Source of the DNA: Octopus bimaculoides
Taxonomy: Eukaryota
Length of the DNA stretch: 64,000 bases
Assembly: GCF_001194135.2 (NCBI RefSeq)
Contig: NC_068993.1
Coordinates: 19,134,712 to 19,198,711, forward strand
Direction of reading: 5' to 3'
The notes under the pieces: generated by a model
Databases searched by the model: none
Told to the model about the DNA's origin: nothing
Seen by the model: only the letters and a program-made list of their open reading frames with translations
Made by a program: the position numbers and the translations under genes
Shown here: positions 25,633 to 36,790 of the stretch, piece after piece
Layout of the letters: each line of letters starts with the position of its first letter
Numbering within the stretch: position 1 is the first letter of the stretch

Positions 25633-25784
25633 CCTTCATGCAGGATTAGTAATTTTTATCAACTAAGTGGAGTGGAGCAACATGAAATGAAATGTTTCGC
25701 TCCAGAACACATCACGTCGCCAAGTTCTAGAAACGAATCGACAATCTTACAATCACGACTGCAACACCCTAACCATTCAGCACG
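25633..25784 (-). mobile_element. SINE family C head (tRNA-like head plus CORE/Meta-like segment)
   Basis: Reverse complement reads tggttagggtgttgcagtcgtgattgtaagattgtcgattcg..tgtgttctggagcgaaacatttcatttcatgttgctccactccact; matches 57761 and 63321. Confidence 0.75.
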
Positions 25785-25857
25785 TTCGTCTGTATGTATT
25801 CGTTTACATATAGATATACATGCATACGTACATATATAGAAATATACATACAAAGCA

Positions 25858-26010
25858 GCAGGCGTAGTTGCGTGGTAAGAAGCTGCTTCCCAACGACATG
25901 GTTCAGCCTCACTGCGTGACACCTTGCTATAGTGTCTACTATAGCCTCGAGTCGACCAGAGCTTTGTACGTGGATTTTGTAGTCGGAAAACGAAAGAAGT
26001 CCGTCATAAA
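25858..26010 (+). mobile_element. SINE family A, 5' half
   Basis: gcaggcgtagttgcgtggtaagaagctgcttcccaac..ctactatagcctcgagtcgacc..ggaaaacgaaagaagtccgtc, followed by (TA)n and a gap. Confidence 0.85.
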
Positions 26011-26221
26011 TATATATATATATANNNNNNNNNNNNNNNNNNNNNNNNNNNNNNNNNNNNNNNNNNNNNNNNNNNNNNNNNNNNNNNNNNNNNNNNNNNN
26101 NNNNNNNNNNNNNNNNNNNNNNNNNNNNNNNNNNNNNNNNNNNNNNNNNNNNNNNNNNNNNNNNNNNNNNNNNNNNNNNNNNNNNNNNNNNNNNNNNNNN
26201 NNNNATATATATACACTTTTA

Positions 26222-26405
26222 ATCATTCTTTTACTTGTTTCAGTCATTTGACAGCGGCCATGCTGGAACACCGCCTTTAGTCGAAAAAATCGACTCAGGG
26301 ACTTATTCTTTGTAAGCCTAGTACTTATTCTATAGGTTTTTTGGACCGAACCGCTAAGTTACGGGAACGCAAATACACTAAATTTGGTTGTCAAGCGATA
26401 GTGGG
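26222..26405 (-). mobile_element. SINE family A, 3' half
   Basis: tcattcttttacttgtttcagtcatttgac.gcggccatgctggaacaccgcc..aagcctagtacttattctat..ccgctaagttacggg..ggttgtcaagcgat is the reverse complement of 31690-31900 and 36370-36558. Confidence 0.85.
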
Positions 26406-26494
26406 GTGAAAATACAGACACAAAAGCACACATACACGCACACACATACAAACACACACACATACACACACACACAGACACACACATGTATAAC

Positions 26495-26800
26495 TACAAA
26501 AATTGGACAAGAACGCAAAACATCCAGACAGTTAGGTGATACAAAAAAGGGACAACAAAACATCCAGTCAGACGATACAAGGACGGGCATTCGGAGTTTT
26601 CTTTCCTCAGTCTAGTTCCTGGTTATCTTTGCAATTTCAGCTGGTTATACTCGATGTTACTCCAATCTGGCCAGCCCCAAAGAAAAACTAAGCTAAGAGC
26701 ACTAGATTCCTTCGAAGAAAGCAGCGAATGTATACGAAAACAAGGACGGAAAAAAACGAGAAATGGTACTTAAATACAACAGCACATTAACAACGGTTGT
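26495..26800 (-). mobile_element. Interspersed repeat with a vestigial hammerhead-like core (possibly Penelope-related)
   Basis: Resembles a common octopus repeat from memory; the minus strand has CTGAGGAAAGAAAACTCCGAATGCCCGTC at 26581-26610. Confidence 0.4.
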
Positions 26801-27070
26801 CTTCGACTAAGGCCCAATTAAATTAAGCTGTCATGTGTGGAAGTAAAGCCTTACGGCAGGGACATAAGGTTTGACAGGCACTAGGAGGAATATAGATGTT
26901 GCACGGATGGTAGTCGAACGAAGAAAGAAAAGTCAGGCTTGGCCGAACACCGGTCACAGGAATTTTCAATGGCCTGATAACTGAAGAGATGTTGGCGTGG
27001 GTTCCCACCCCGGCATCCGAACCTCGGAATTTTATCATGGCTACCGAATAAGTGTCACATATTTTTACAG

Positions 27071-27112
<42 letters not shown>

Positions 27113-27993
27113 GTATGCGCTTATGAGCATGATTGTGTGACTGTTTAAATTATAGATTTGAAAGAAATCTTTAGCATATAGACAGACAGATAGCAAGTTT
27201 GTTAGATAGATAGAAAGATAGATATAAATCATAATGGACTCTAGACATTATATCATTCACCAATCAAACCCCCAAGTTTGGAATATAGAAAAATTGTAAA
27301 CAGTAAGAAATTAGATTAGCAGTTTCTTGAGATTTCGTCCTATATCTCCCCACGATAATATTGATTTCTCACTTGGTATAATACAAAAACTCATAGAGAT
27401 AGTAAAATCAATTAAATCACCTTTGGTCAAGCGTAGTTATTTTATCAATACTTCTTGAACGAAAGAGAAAATCTACCCTGCTGGGATGTGATGAAGAAGT
27501 GGAAGTCGTACGAAATTAACACCAGTCAGATGTATAGACGTCTGATGTTAAATCATTTTTTTCCATATATGTCTAAATATCACTGACGTGCGTCACGTGT
27601 ACCTTGTTGCTGATTATCAATACCTTGATGAAAACTATGCATTTCTTGAGGAACTTTGGCATTCTTGAAATCAGGTCACTTGGGAAAAACACTCCAGTAA
27701 TTGTCATCTTGAAAATAGTTGGAGAAAAATTGCTTGTGTGTATGTTTTTTTTAAATATTTTTAGTATCTTCCCTTGTCGAATATCCGTACGTTTAGTTAC
27801 ATTTTCTAAACTTGAAAATTATCTGTTATCACTAAACATTAACTGAAATATGTCCATTTGTGCAATTTGAATCATTTCAATTTTTGTCTTTGATATTACA
27901 GGCCGAAATCTTAAACAGGGTTCAATAAATCGCTCTACCCATTCGAAGAAACAAATGACTGTTCCATATAATGTGTTCAATTATTTGTGTTCA

Positions 27994-28626
27994 ATTAATC
28001 TTTAGTAGTTAGCTAAACTGGGACAAAACCGACCTCACTGTGGCAAATATTTGGGATATATTTCAAATGCCACCATATAATCCATTCATTTATTGTAACA
28101 TAATTTGAATTAACTAATTCCATGGTTTCCACTAAAGTTAATAACAATTGCTCCCTGAATATCATTACACAGTCTGTAATATATAAATGTGCCCCATATA
28201 GGAAAATACATGACATATATGCTATATGTGTTCCATTCGTATAATGACCATGCATACAAGTTCCAGACAAACAGTATATCCATTTTTTTATTCCAGTGAT
28301 AGTAATTTTTCTCAAATTCTCTTTGAGTTCATTATTCGCTAAAAAGATGACCCAATCTATAATGTATGGTGTGGATTGGGAACACACTTAAATAACACAT
28401 CATTCTCTCTGTATACATTTGTTTTACCACATGCATAAGAAGGTTTACTTGTTGTGATCATTTCTGATTATTAGTAAGCATATATGAAATCACTTTCAGT
28501 AACTATCACTAATCTATATCTTAATGATTAATCTTTAGTAGTTAGCTAAACTGGGACAAACCTGACCTCACTGCTGCAAATATTTGGGATATATTTCACA
28601 TGCCAGCATATAATCCATTCATTTAT
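27994..28626. repeat. Pair of 100-bp direct repeats (27994-28093 and 28527-28626)
   Basis: attaatctttagtagttagctaaactgggacaaa...atataatccattcatttat occurs twice with 6 mismatches and a 433-bp spacer. Confidence 0.9.
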
Positions 28627-30469
28627 GACACCTCACGATTTACTGTAATTTATCTCGATTGTTGCATGTCAATGTGACGATAACTCAACTCAATAATTCC
28701 TTTTAATACTTATTTCCAAATGCAATTTTCTGAGGTAATATGATTACCAGTTATTGATCTATTAAAGAAGTAAATGTGTATCGGAAGCGAATCAAACAAT
28801 CATCGATATCTTGTTCTAATTAATAATAATGTAATTATCAAATATAGAAGAGAAAAAAAGCTAATTTCTTCAGTGAAAATAATTCACAATTAGGAGGAGT
28901 GGCTTATTTTGATGAAGTAATATCGACACTTTATTGGTGAGGAATTTCGTTTTTATTAAGACTTGAGGCAATTCTTCGGAAATTGGATAAATAAAATAAG
29001 ACAAATAATTGCTGAATTTTATGAGGTTTGGCAGATAATTATTGATAGCACTGCAGTTTTTGCATATCCATTATCATGCCTACTTCAACATTTGATAATA
29101 TAATATCATATCATTGTATAATATGCATTTTATAGCTTTAATTTATTTGGCTGCTTTCTCAATTTCCATTTCTCATTCTCTCTACATAAAACAAACGAAT
29201 GATTAATAAAAGCGCATTGACATACATAATACCACACATATACACACATTCAACACAATCGTATAAAGGGAAATACGTAAATAAATGTTTATGTACATTT
29301 GTGTGTGTATGTATATGTGTGTGGGTGTGTGCAATCGTGTAAACATTATTGTGAGTAGCACGTAAGCCTGTGCATGTGTAATCTGTTACACACAAACGCA
29401 TACACTCAGGCACAGACACACATTTACACATGCACACACACATATACACTCACATATTTGTATATAGATGAATGGATGAATATATATATATATATATATA
29501 TATANNNNNNNNNNNNNNNNNNNNNNNNNNNNNNNNNNNNNNNNNNNNNNNNNNNNNNNNNNNNNNNNNNNNNNNNNNNNNNNNNNNNNNNNNNNNNNNN
29601 NNNNNNNNNNNNNNNNNNNNNNNNNNNNNNNNNNNNNNNNNNNNNNNNNNNNNNNNNNNNNNNNNNNNNNNNNNNNNNNNNNNNNNNNNNNNNNNNNNNN
29701 NNNNNNNNNNNNNNNNNNNNNNNNNNNNNNNNNNNNNNNNNNNNNNNNNNNNNNNNNNNNNNNNNNNNNNNNNNNNNNNNNNNNNNNNNNNNNNNNNNNN
29801 NNNNNNNNNNNNNNNNNNNNNNNNNNNNNNNNNNNNNNNNNNNNNNNNNNNNNNNNNNNNNNNNNNNNNNNNNNNNNNNNNNNNNNNNNNNNNNNNNNNN
29901 NNNNNNNNNNNNNNNNNNNNNNNNNNNNNNNNNNNNNNNNNNNNNNNNNNNNNNNNNNNNNNNNNNNNNNNNNNNNNNNNNNNNNNNNNNNNNNNNNNNN
30001 NNNNNNNNNNNNNNNNNNNNNNNNNNNNNNNNNNNNNNNNNNNNNNNNNNNNNNNNNNNNNNNNNNNNNNNNNNNNNNNNNNTAAATTAGCAAATTTTAA
30101 AAAGTATGCGACCACCCCTACCCCTCACATAGCCACCCCACTAATTCTGCGTTTTGAATACTGTAAAGGCAAGGAACTGTAAACTTGTTTTAAAGCTATT
30201 AACTTTGTATTGGTTAAATATTACCTATATAACATTTTATAAATTATATACAACTCCTCACTACTACCTGAAAAAAAAAAAACAGTTATTGGAAATTTTA
30301 TATATTTATATAGTTTGTATTAATTTTGTTTTATAAAAAGTAGTCTATATTCAGAAAAAAATGCAAATTCTTAATGACTATGACATGCAATAAAAAAAAC
30401 TATGCACGAACCTCAAACGAAATACATGAACAGTGACTACCATAAAATATGCATTAATAGTATTTACTA

Positions 30470-31010
30470 CTTAATGAAATGACCATTGACTTTTCCAGTC
30501 AAAGTGGAGTAAACTTTGACTTGATTTCTGTACATCTAATATGAATTTGTGCCTATTTTCGTAGCCTATTCTGGCTCCAGAAATTTTTGTCACTAAATTG
30601 ATAGTATGGAAGTCAGAGATTTTTATTTGTTTGTCATAACACGTACAGCTGCATATATCAAAGATTTCACTGAACTCCTCTAATTTCTTATCAAAACTAT
30701 CTCCTCTGAGCTTGATAGGCATTTTGTTTAATCTATAAGCAAATTCAGTGAATCTCTCAATTTTTAGAGCTATTCCCTCAAACCCAATATAAGGAAAAGG
30801 AAATTTGCCCCATGTTGTTTGCACATCTGTAGTAACAATCTAGTAGCATTGCTTCGCTGTGGGTGAAGCTTTTGATATTTACTCTTCACGTTTTCTTAGG
30901 TATAAATAATGTCAGAATACATCAGCCTTTGATGAAGTCATTGCTGTAGGAAATTCTGCAGGAAATCCACATGCTGGATTACGGATTTTACTTCTAGTTG
31001 CCATTATATA
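30470..31010 (-). mobile_element. Decayed DNA-transposon transposase N-terminus, hATm-like
   Basis: Minus strand reads MATRSKIRNPACGFPAEFPTAMTSSKADVF*HYLYLRK..TTWGKFPFPYIG..IALKIER..FDKKLEEFSEIFDICSCTCYD, resembling the G.P..LP...LPT..DV..HY and W.K..IP..FDI..C.C pattern I associate with hATm transposases. No DDE domain seen. Confidence 0.5.
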
Positions 31011-31099
31011 ATTTTATATACTTAAATTATTACAGCTTAAACTTATGTAGGTACTTTCGTAAAATCATAATACAATTCAGCTCTGAAATAATCTGAAAA

Positions 31100-31285
31100 A
31101 CAGACGAAAATCACTTGGCGATATTTCACCAGTCTTCGCATTCTGAGTTGAAATTCCGGCGAGGTCCACTTTGCCTGCTATCCTTCAGAAGTCGATAAAA
31201 TAAGTACCCTTTGAGTACTGGAGTCGATGTAATCGATTAAGCTCCCCTTCCTCGAAATTTCTGGCCTTGTGCAGTCAGGCTACTA
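31100..31285 (+). mobile_element. SINE family B copy
   Basis: ttctgagttgaaattccggcgaggtccactttgcct..gtcgataaaataagtacc..ggagtcgatgtaatcga..aaatttctggccttgtgc. Confidence 0.85.
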
Positions 31286-31319
31286 GTTTCGTTTTCGTAC
31301 AACATATGATGGATGTAAA

Positions 31320-31900
31320 AGGTGTGGCTGCCTGCTAAAAAGCTTGCTTCCCAACCATTTGGTTCCGGATTAAGCCCACTGCATGGAACACTGAGCAAGT
31401 GTCTTTTACTATAACCTCACGCCGACCAAAGTCTTGTGAGTGGATTTGTAAGTCGGAAACTGAAAGGAAGCCCGGCGTGTATATATATTGATATATATAT
31501 ATATACATACATACATATATATATATATGCGTGTGTGTGTGTGTATGCATGTATGTATTTATGTGTGCGTTTCTTTGTGTCTGTATTANNNNNNNNNNNN
31601 ATATATATGTATACATATATATATATATGCGTGTGTGTGTGTGTATGCATGTATGTATTTATGTGTGCGTTTCTTTGTGTCTGTATTAGTTCTCCCTACC
31701 ATCACTTGACAACCAATGCTGGTGTGTTCATGTCCCTGTAAATCTACGTTTCGGTAAAAGAGACCGATAGAATAAGTACTAGGCTTACAAAGATTAAGTC
31801 CTGGAGTCGATGTCTTCGACTCAAAAAAGCCTTGAATGTGGTGCTCCAGCATAACTCCAGTCAAATGATTGAAACAAGTAAAAGAACAAAAGAATAAAGA
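31320..31900 (+). mobile_element. Full-length SINE family A with internal TA/TG microsatellite
   Basis: Head aagcttgcttcccaacc..ggaaactgaaaggaagccc; microsatellite with a 12-N gap; tail cacttgacaacc..gagaccgatagaataagtactaggc..caaatgattgaaacaagtaaaaga. Confidence 0.9.
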
Positions 31901-32438
31901 CAAACTACAATAAAATAAACGTCAATAATGAAATACTTATTTCTCTACTATTCTCTGCTTTCTTCCACGTGATACCTATGTATTGATACAATTGACAAGG
32001 TGAACATTCAGACAATTAAATATATTGGCTACTTTCATAATGCAATACCGTTGCTGAATACTATTCAGAGAATCTCCATTAAGAAGGGCAAACATTCTTT
32101 AAAGTCTTGCTTTGAATGATTTATACTCGAGATGAAGCTAATTCACCTTTTGATATATTGCATGATAACGAAGTTCGAAATGAGCCAGCGACATACAAAA
32201 CAATCACAATTAATTAAAAATGATTTAGTATGTAATTAGCTTAGTTCTGTCCAATATAGCAACACTATAACCTCGCTAAATAAGAACATTATCAAGCCTC
32301 AATGATAACGTGATACTTTATTAATAGCATGGTAACAGTGTAAGATATCACAATATTATCAATTTTCATAGATAACTAAAAGAGAGGAGTCTTTTTGTGG
32401 GGATGGGTAAATTGTATGAATCTGACAATCCACTAGCT

Positions 32439-33253
32439 CAGTGGTTCCCAAACTTTTCAGAAAGTTTTACATGCAGATGCCCTTACAATTTTTTTCCATG
32501 ATTCGCGGTCCCCTATAAAATGCAGAATAATTCACATGGAAAAAATTACATTCGTGTACCGTAATTTCCGGTCTATGAACCGCACTGCCATAGACCCGCA
32601 ACCCCGAAAACCACAACTTAATCGACGCAATGCCCCATTGAGATACAATAAATATAGATGAAATTATGGGGAATCAGTTAATCAATTGGTTACAAAATAA
32701 ATGAGAAACGAAAACAGTCCGAAAATATTCCGAGCATACGGTATTAACAACCGCATAAGACCCATTTATGTTCATTTGGCAGAAAGAAACCGCGTGTCAT
32801 ACACCGAAAACTGCGTTATTTACACATACATGACAGTGGTTCTTCAACTTTTGGTATCAATTTCCTCTTTCACCATGTTTGGGATACTATTCCTCCCCAT
32901 TGTCAGGTCATTCTTCATATTGATTAACCAAGAGGTGCATTTCAACTAATTAAGCTATTTTCAGCAGAAGAATTGTGATGGCATCCCAAAATGTACAGAA
33001 GTTTCTGCTAATTGGACCACTGGTATGCACGGGAACCACAATTTTCTCCACCTCCTCTGAAGGTTTTCCATCCCTTTTTTGAGGTCAACGACAGAAAAGG
33101 ATGGTTGCATGCGAAAAATTGGAAGTATTGAAATTTAAAACATAATTGTCTCAAGCCACCCGCTTTCACGATACTTCAGTGTCCTTTCACGGTCACCCTG
33201 AAATTGCTTCGCAGTACCCTAGGGGGCCGCAGACCACAGTTTGAGAACCACTG
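32439..33253. mobile_element. Non-autonomous hAT (Charlie-like) element, composite or nested
   Basis: TIRs cagtggttcccaaact and agtttgagaaccactg (15 of 16 complementary); flanking 8-mers cactagct and cattagtt match at 6 of 8 with a central TA; a second TIR-like cagtggttcttcaact lies at 32834. Confidence 0.75.
32557..32818. mobile_element. Tc1/mariner-superfamily (Tc2/pogo-like) MITE inside the hAT element
   Basis: Left end taccgtaatttccggtctatgaaccgcac resembles Tc2-type termini; a degenerate inverted copy gcgtgtcatacaccgaaaactgcgtta ends at 32818. Confidence 0.55.
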
Positions 33254-34374
33254 CATTAGTTGTTTATCCGTATGAAAAGTGTGGATGAGTAGACTTATGG
33301 ACAAGAACAAACACAGCCGTTATGAGCTGTTGTATAAAATACAATGCGCTTTGAACCACATTTACAATGGGTCCTTACTTTTAAATTCGATAAATAGCTG
33401 CTATTTCTAACATGCTGAACAACCACAATCAGATTGTTTTTATATTTATTTTTTTTAACAATAAATCGGTTCTGATGGAGCAAACCAATGATCAAATGCT
33501 TTCCAGCCTTGACCATCCTGTAATTTCATCAGAATGTATCTCTGACAATATTATCCAATCTATCCTTTTCTAAAATGATAGAATGCAATCTTTGGGGAGA
33601 CTTTCTACTATTTTTATCAGTTATTACAAGCAGATATATATCTCCATCATTGGCCCTCCTTATAATCTAGTTGTTCAAAAAGTAACATGAAGATTTTGAC
33701 TTTCTAATAGAAATTAAATCGATTTTCCTCAAACTTGTAAACTAACGAAATACAAAATAGTTAAAAATTACTCGGACTATTTATATGTATTCTAGGGTGT
33801 ATATTTAGAGTCGTGCAACATGCACGATATGAAAATTTGAAATTTGCAAATAGACATAGTTCTCATAAGTAGACTCGGAATACCAACTGCATGATCGGGA
33901 GAGGGCAATACCCTATTCGATTCGACCAGATATGGCTGTCGGGGAATAAGAGAATAAGTAAAAGAAAGTCTATAATTCTAGTGATCTATGGAATAAATAA
34001 TAACATTGACTTTTTCTCTGACAGTTATTGTAGCATGAAGACTGACATTAAGCCGAATTATAAACGGCTTTGAAAACTTCCATTGTGGGTTTTGATGTTT
34101 ATCCGACTTCTGTTAGCGTAACTACTGTTGTTGCTGATACTGCTACTCTGTTTTCACTTTATGTTGCTGATGCTACAGCTTTTATTGTATTGCTTATTTC
34201 TAGAATGAATGTCTGAACTGAAATCTCTCTGAACAATCTTCCTGTAGGAATTCCAGCACCAAAATCTACTCATTACTGCATAATGTTTTCTACATATAAA
34301 AATCTGACCACTTAAGACAGAACCATAATGTATATTGTATCCGACATCATATGCATATATGTATATCTTTCTCT

Positions 34375-34450
34375 CTCCCACTCTCTCTCTCTCTCACATT
34401 CTCTCTCTCCCACTCTCTCTCTCCCACTCTCTCTCTCTCCCACTCTCTCT

Positions 34451-34490
<40 letters not shown>
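34375..34490. repeat. (CT)n-(TA)n microsatellite
   Basis: Read directly. Confidence 0.9.
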
Positions 34491-34491
<1 letters not shown>

Positions 34492-34656
34492 GTGTATACA
34501 TATATAAATGCGGGTGCAAAATAGCACCTACAATTGCTAGAAATGAGAGCCAAACGTTAACTCGGACAGCCACACAAAAGCATTAACCTCACAAAATATT
34601 CGAGACTGCGAGCAGCTAGCCACATCTTTCCTTGGCGAGATACACTCGCAGAATGA

Positions 34657-34991
34657 AGTAGTTTCATAAATATTTCATCACGTGGTTTCGAAATTTGATC
34701 AACATGATTTGTGTCTCGTCAGAGGTTTCCACAATTACTCCGGGTTAAAAGAGATAGCGAGATACACTCACCTATATTATAATGTATTTAATATATCTTA
34801 ATATATTAATATATGGTTATAATATGTTACCGTGTGTTACTATACACTTTAACCGTTTTGAAATTTAGCGCTCGCTTTTCAACGTTTTTTTTTCTCCCTC
34901 ATGAACGAATGGGAGGCAGGCAATCTCTTTTAACCCGGAATCATTGTTAATCAAATTTTGAAATCACGTGATAAAATTTTATGAATCTACT
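34657..34991. mobile_element. Long imperfect inverted repeat (MITE or foldback-like): arms 34657-34758 and 34920-34991
   Basis: agtagtttcataaatatttcatcacgtggtttcgaaatttgatcaacatgat..tccgggttaaaagagat pairs with atctcttttaacccggaatcattgttaatcaaattttgaaatcacgtgataaaattttatgaatctact; the left arm has about 30 extra nt. Confidence 0.75.
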
Positions 34992-36189
34992 GTTTAAACT
35001 GTTGGCCTTCTTGTTTATACTTCTGAAAAACGTGGACCCCGCTAGTTGTTAATAACACTGATAATGTTGCTCTTAATAAAAGTGTGGTAATTTCAGTTAC
35101 CAGTGCTGTCGTTACTGTTATTGAATTTGTTGTTGTAGTCCTAGTTAATCCGGATCAAGCTAATCTACTGTACGGAGGTACTGAGTGAAACAAATTGATA
35201 TATATATATATCAGACGCGTATATTCTGGGTGTGCGAGGTGTGTGGTGCACATCCATCGAAAATGGCATATTCATTATAATTATTAATCTTACTCATTAA
35301 TTTAATCACGAATCTTAATGGAAAAGTTTTGTGGTAACCCTGCTTGAAATTTGGTGGCATTGGGAATGGCAGCACACCCAATTAAACAACCACCATACAC
35401 TACTGACACACACACGCACACATACACTCACACACACACAAATATATATACTCACACGATATTGAAGTTAAATTACTGATGTATGCACAGTGTTTCGATT
35501 CGCTATAATGTATTACATAATTGATTATACAACACATCTATACATTTTAGCCAACAACATTGTGACTGTTACGTGTATGTACCGTATTCTGAATAGCTAA
35601 GAGTCATACTACACACTTCGGTATGCCTTTATAATATAGAGGTGAAGTATTGTTACTAGTGTGATCATGTTAGTATTTTCCTGAACATATATAGTACTTG
35701 GTAGTAGTCACAAAAGCTTACATGTGCTGGACACTATAGAATGCAAAGTTTTCTGAACATATTGCTGGCGATGTACATCTCAGGAGCCAGCAATTGCGGC
35801 TTTTGATGATGCTAATACTGTTTTTATTTTTGTGTATATGTGTTTTGCTATTTGTTTGAACTGAGAAGTTGTAAAATATTTCTGGAATAGATTGTTTTGT
35901 AATTGTGTTCAAGTTGGTGTTTGATATGTCCGGATGTGTTCCGGAGACGACTAAACAGAACAATAGAAAAATTGTATGTATTTCGTAGTTATTAGTTTAA
36001 GTTGTCTTAGAGGTAGAGTTCTTGCAGACTGATGTAAGTTTTGCGCATCTGTATCGAGAATAGTGAGACAGAGTTAAATGAGACATCCGCGTATGTTTTG
36101 TAATGATGCCGGAAGAGCATGTTGGCATAGTTCAAATGAATGAATGAAAAATCGGATCAGTACCGTACGCTATTCATAAAAATATATAT

Positions 36190-36558
36190 AGTGGTTGTTT
36201 GATAAGTAACTTGCTTACCGGATTCAGTCCCACTGTGTAGCACCTTGGACAAGTGTCTTCTATTATAGTCTCGAGTCAACCAAGGCCTTGTGAATGGATT
36301 TGGTAGATGGAAACTGACAAAAGCCCGTCGTATATATACATATATGTTTGTGCGTTTGTGTTCGACCCCCCCCCCCACCATCGCTTGACAACCGATGTTG
36401 GTGCGTTTACGTTCTCATGACTTAGCGGTTCGTCAAAACAACCCGATAGTATAAGTACTAGGCTGACATTGATTAAATCCTGGGGTCGATTTTTTTCGAC
36501 TAAATGTGGTGCCCCAGCATGGTCACAGTCAAATGACTGAAACAAATAAAAGAATAAA
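36190..36558 (+). mobile_element. Near full-length SINE family A
   Basis: ttcagtcccactgtgtagcaccttggacaagtgtcttctattatag..ggatttggtagatggaaactga..cgcttgacaaccgatgttgg..cagtcaaatgactgaaacaaataaaaga. Confidence 0.9.
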
Positions 36559-36589
36559 AAAAATTAAAGAATTGAATCTAGGTGGATTC

Positions 36590-36790
36590 CCATCTACCGG
36601 TGTTCAGGTGATACCATTCAAGTTTTCTACCATTCAAGTTTTCTACCATTCAAGTTTTCTACCATTCAAGTTTTCTACCATTCAAGTTTTCTACCATTCA
36701 AATGATACCGTTCTAATTTTGTACCATTCAAGTGATAGCGTTCAAATGATAATTTTGTACCGTTCAAGTGATATCGTTCAAGTTTTCTAA
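36590..36790. repeat. Minisatellite: five perfect 16-mers ACCATTCAAGTTTTCT, then mixed 14/16-mer variants
   Basis: Perfect units run 36613-36692; variants include accattcaaatgat, accgttctaattttgt and accgttcaagtgat. Confidence 0.9.

Noticed and set aside
26823-27060. GC-richer stretch with a 71-aa minus-strand ORF
   Set aside because: No recognisable domain or splice pair; probably an unclassified repeat fragment.
31511-31688. Exact 78-bp duplication either side of a 12-N gap (similar cases near 49680-49790, 49050-49585, 50200-50640 and 59523-59640)
   Set aside because: Typical of unmerged overlapping contig ends in scaffolding; probably not biological.
33295-33915. Minus-strand peptide ILMKLQDGQGWKAFDH resembling the CACTA DG..WK.FD motif, and a TAGGGT-like end at 33915
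   Set aside because: The match is too short, neighbouring motifs are absent and no partner TIR was found; possibly a DNA-transposon relic, but I cannot support a call.
34680-34725. Minus-strand CTGACGA...GAAAC resembling a hammerhead core
   Set aside because: The 26 nt between the motifs form no stem II and stem I is absent; the sequence is explained as part of the inverted-repeat arm.
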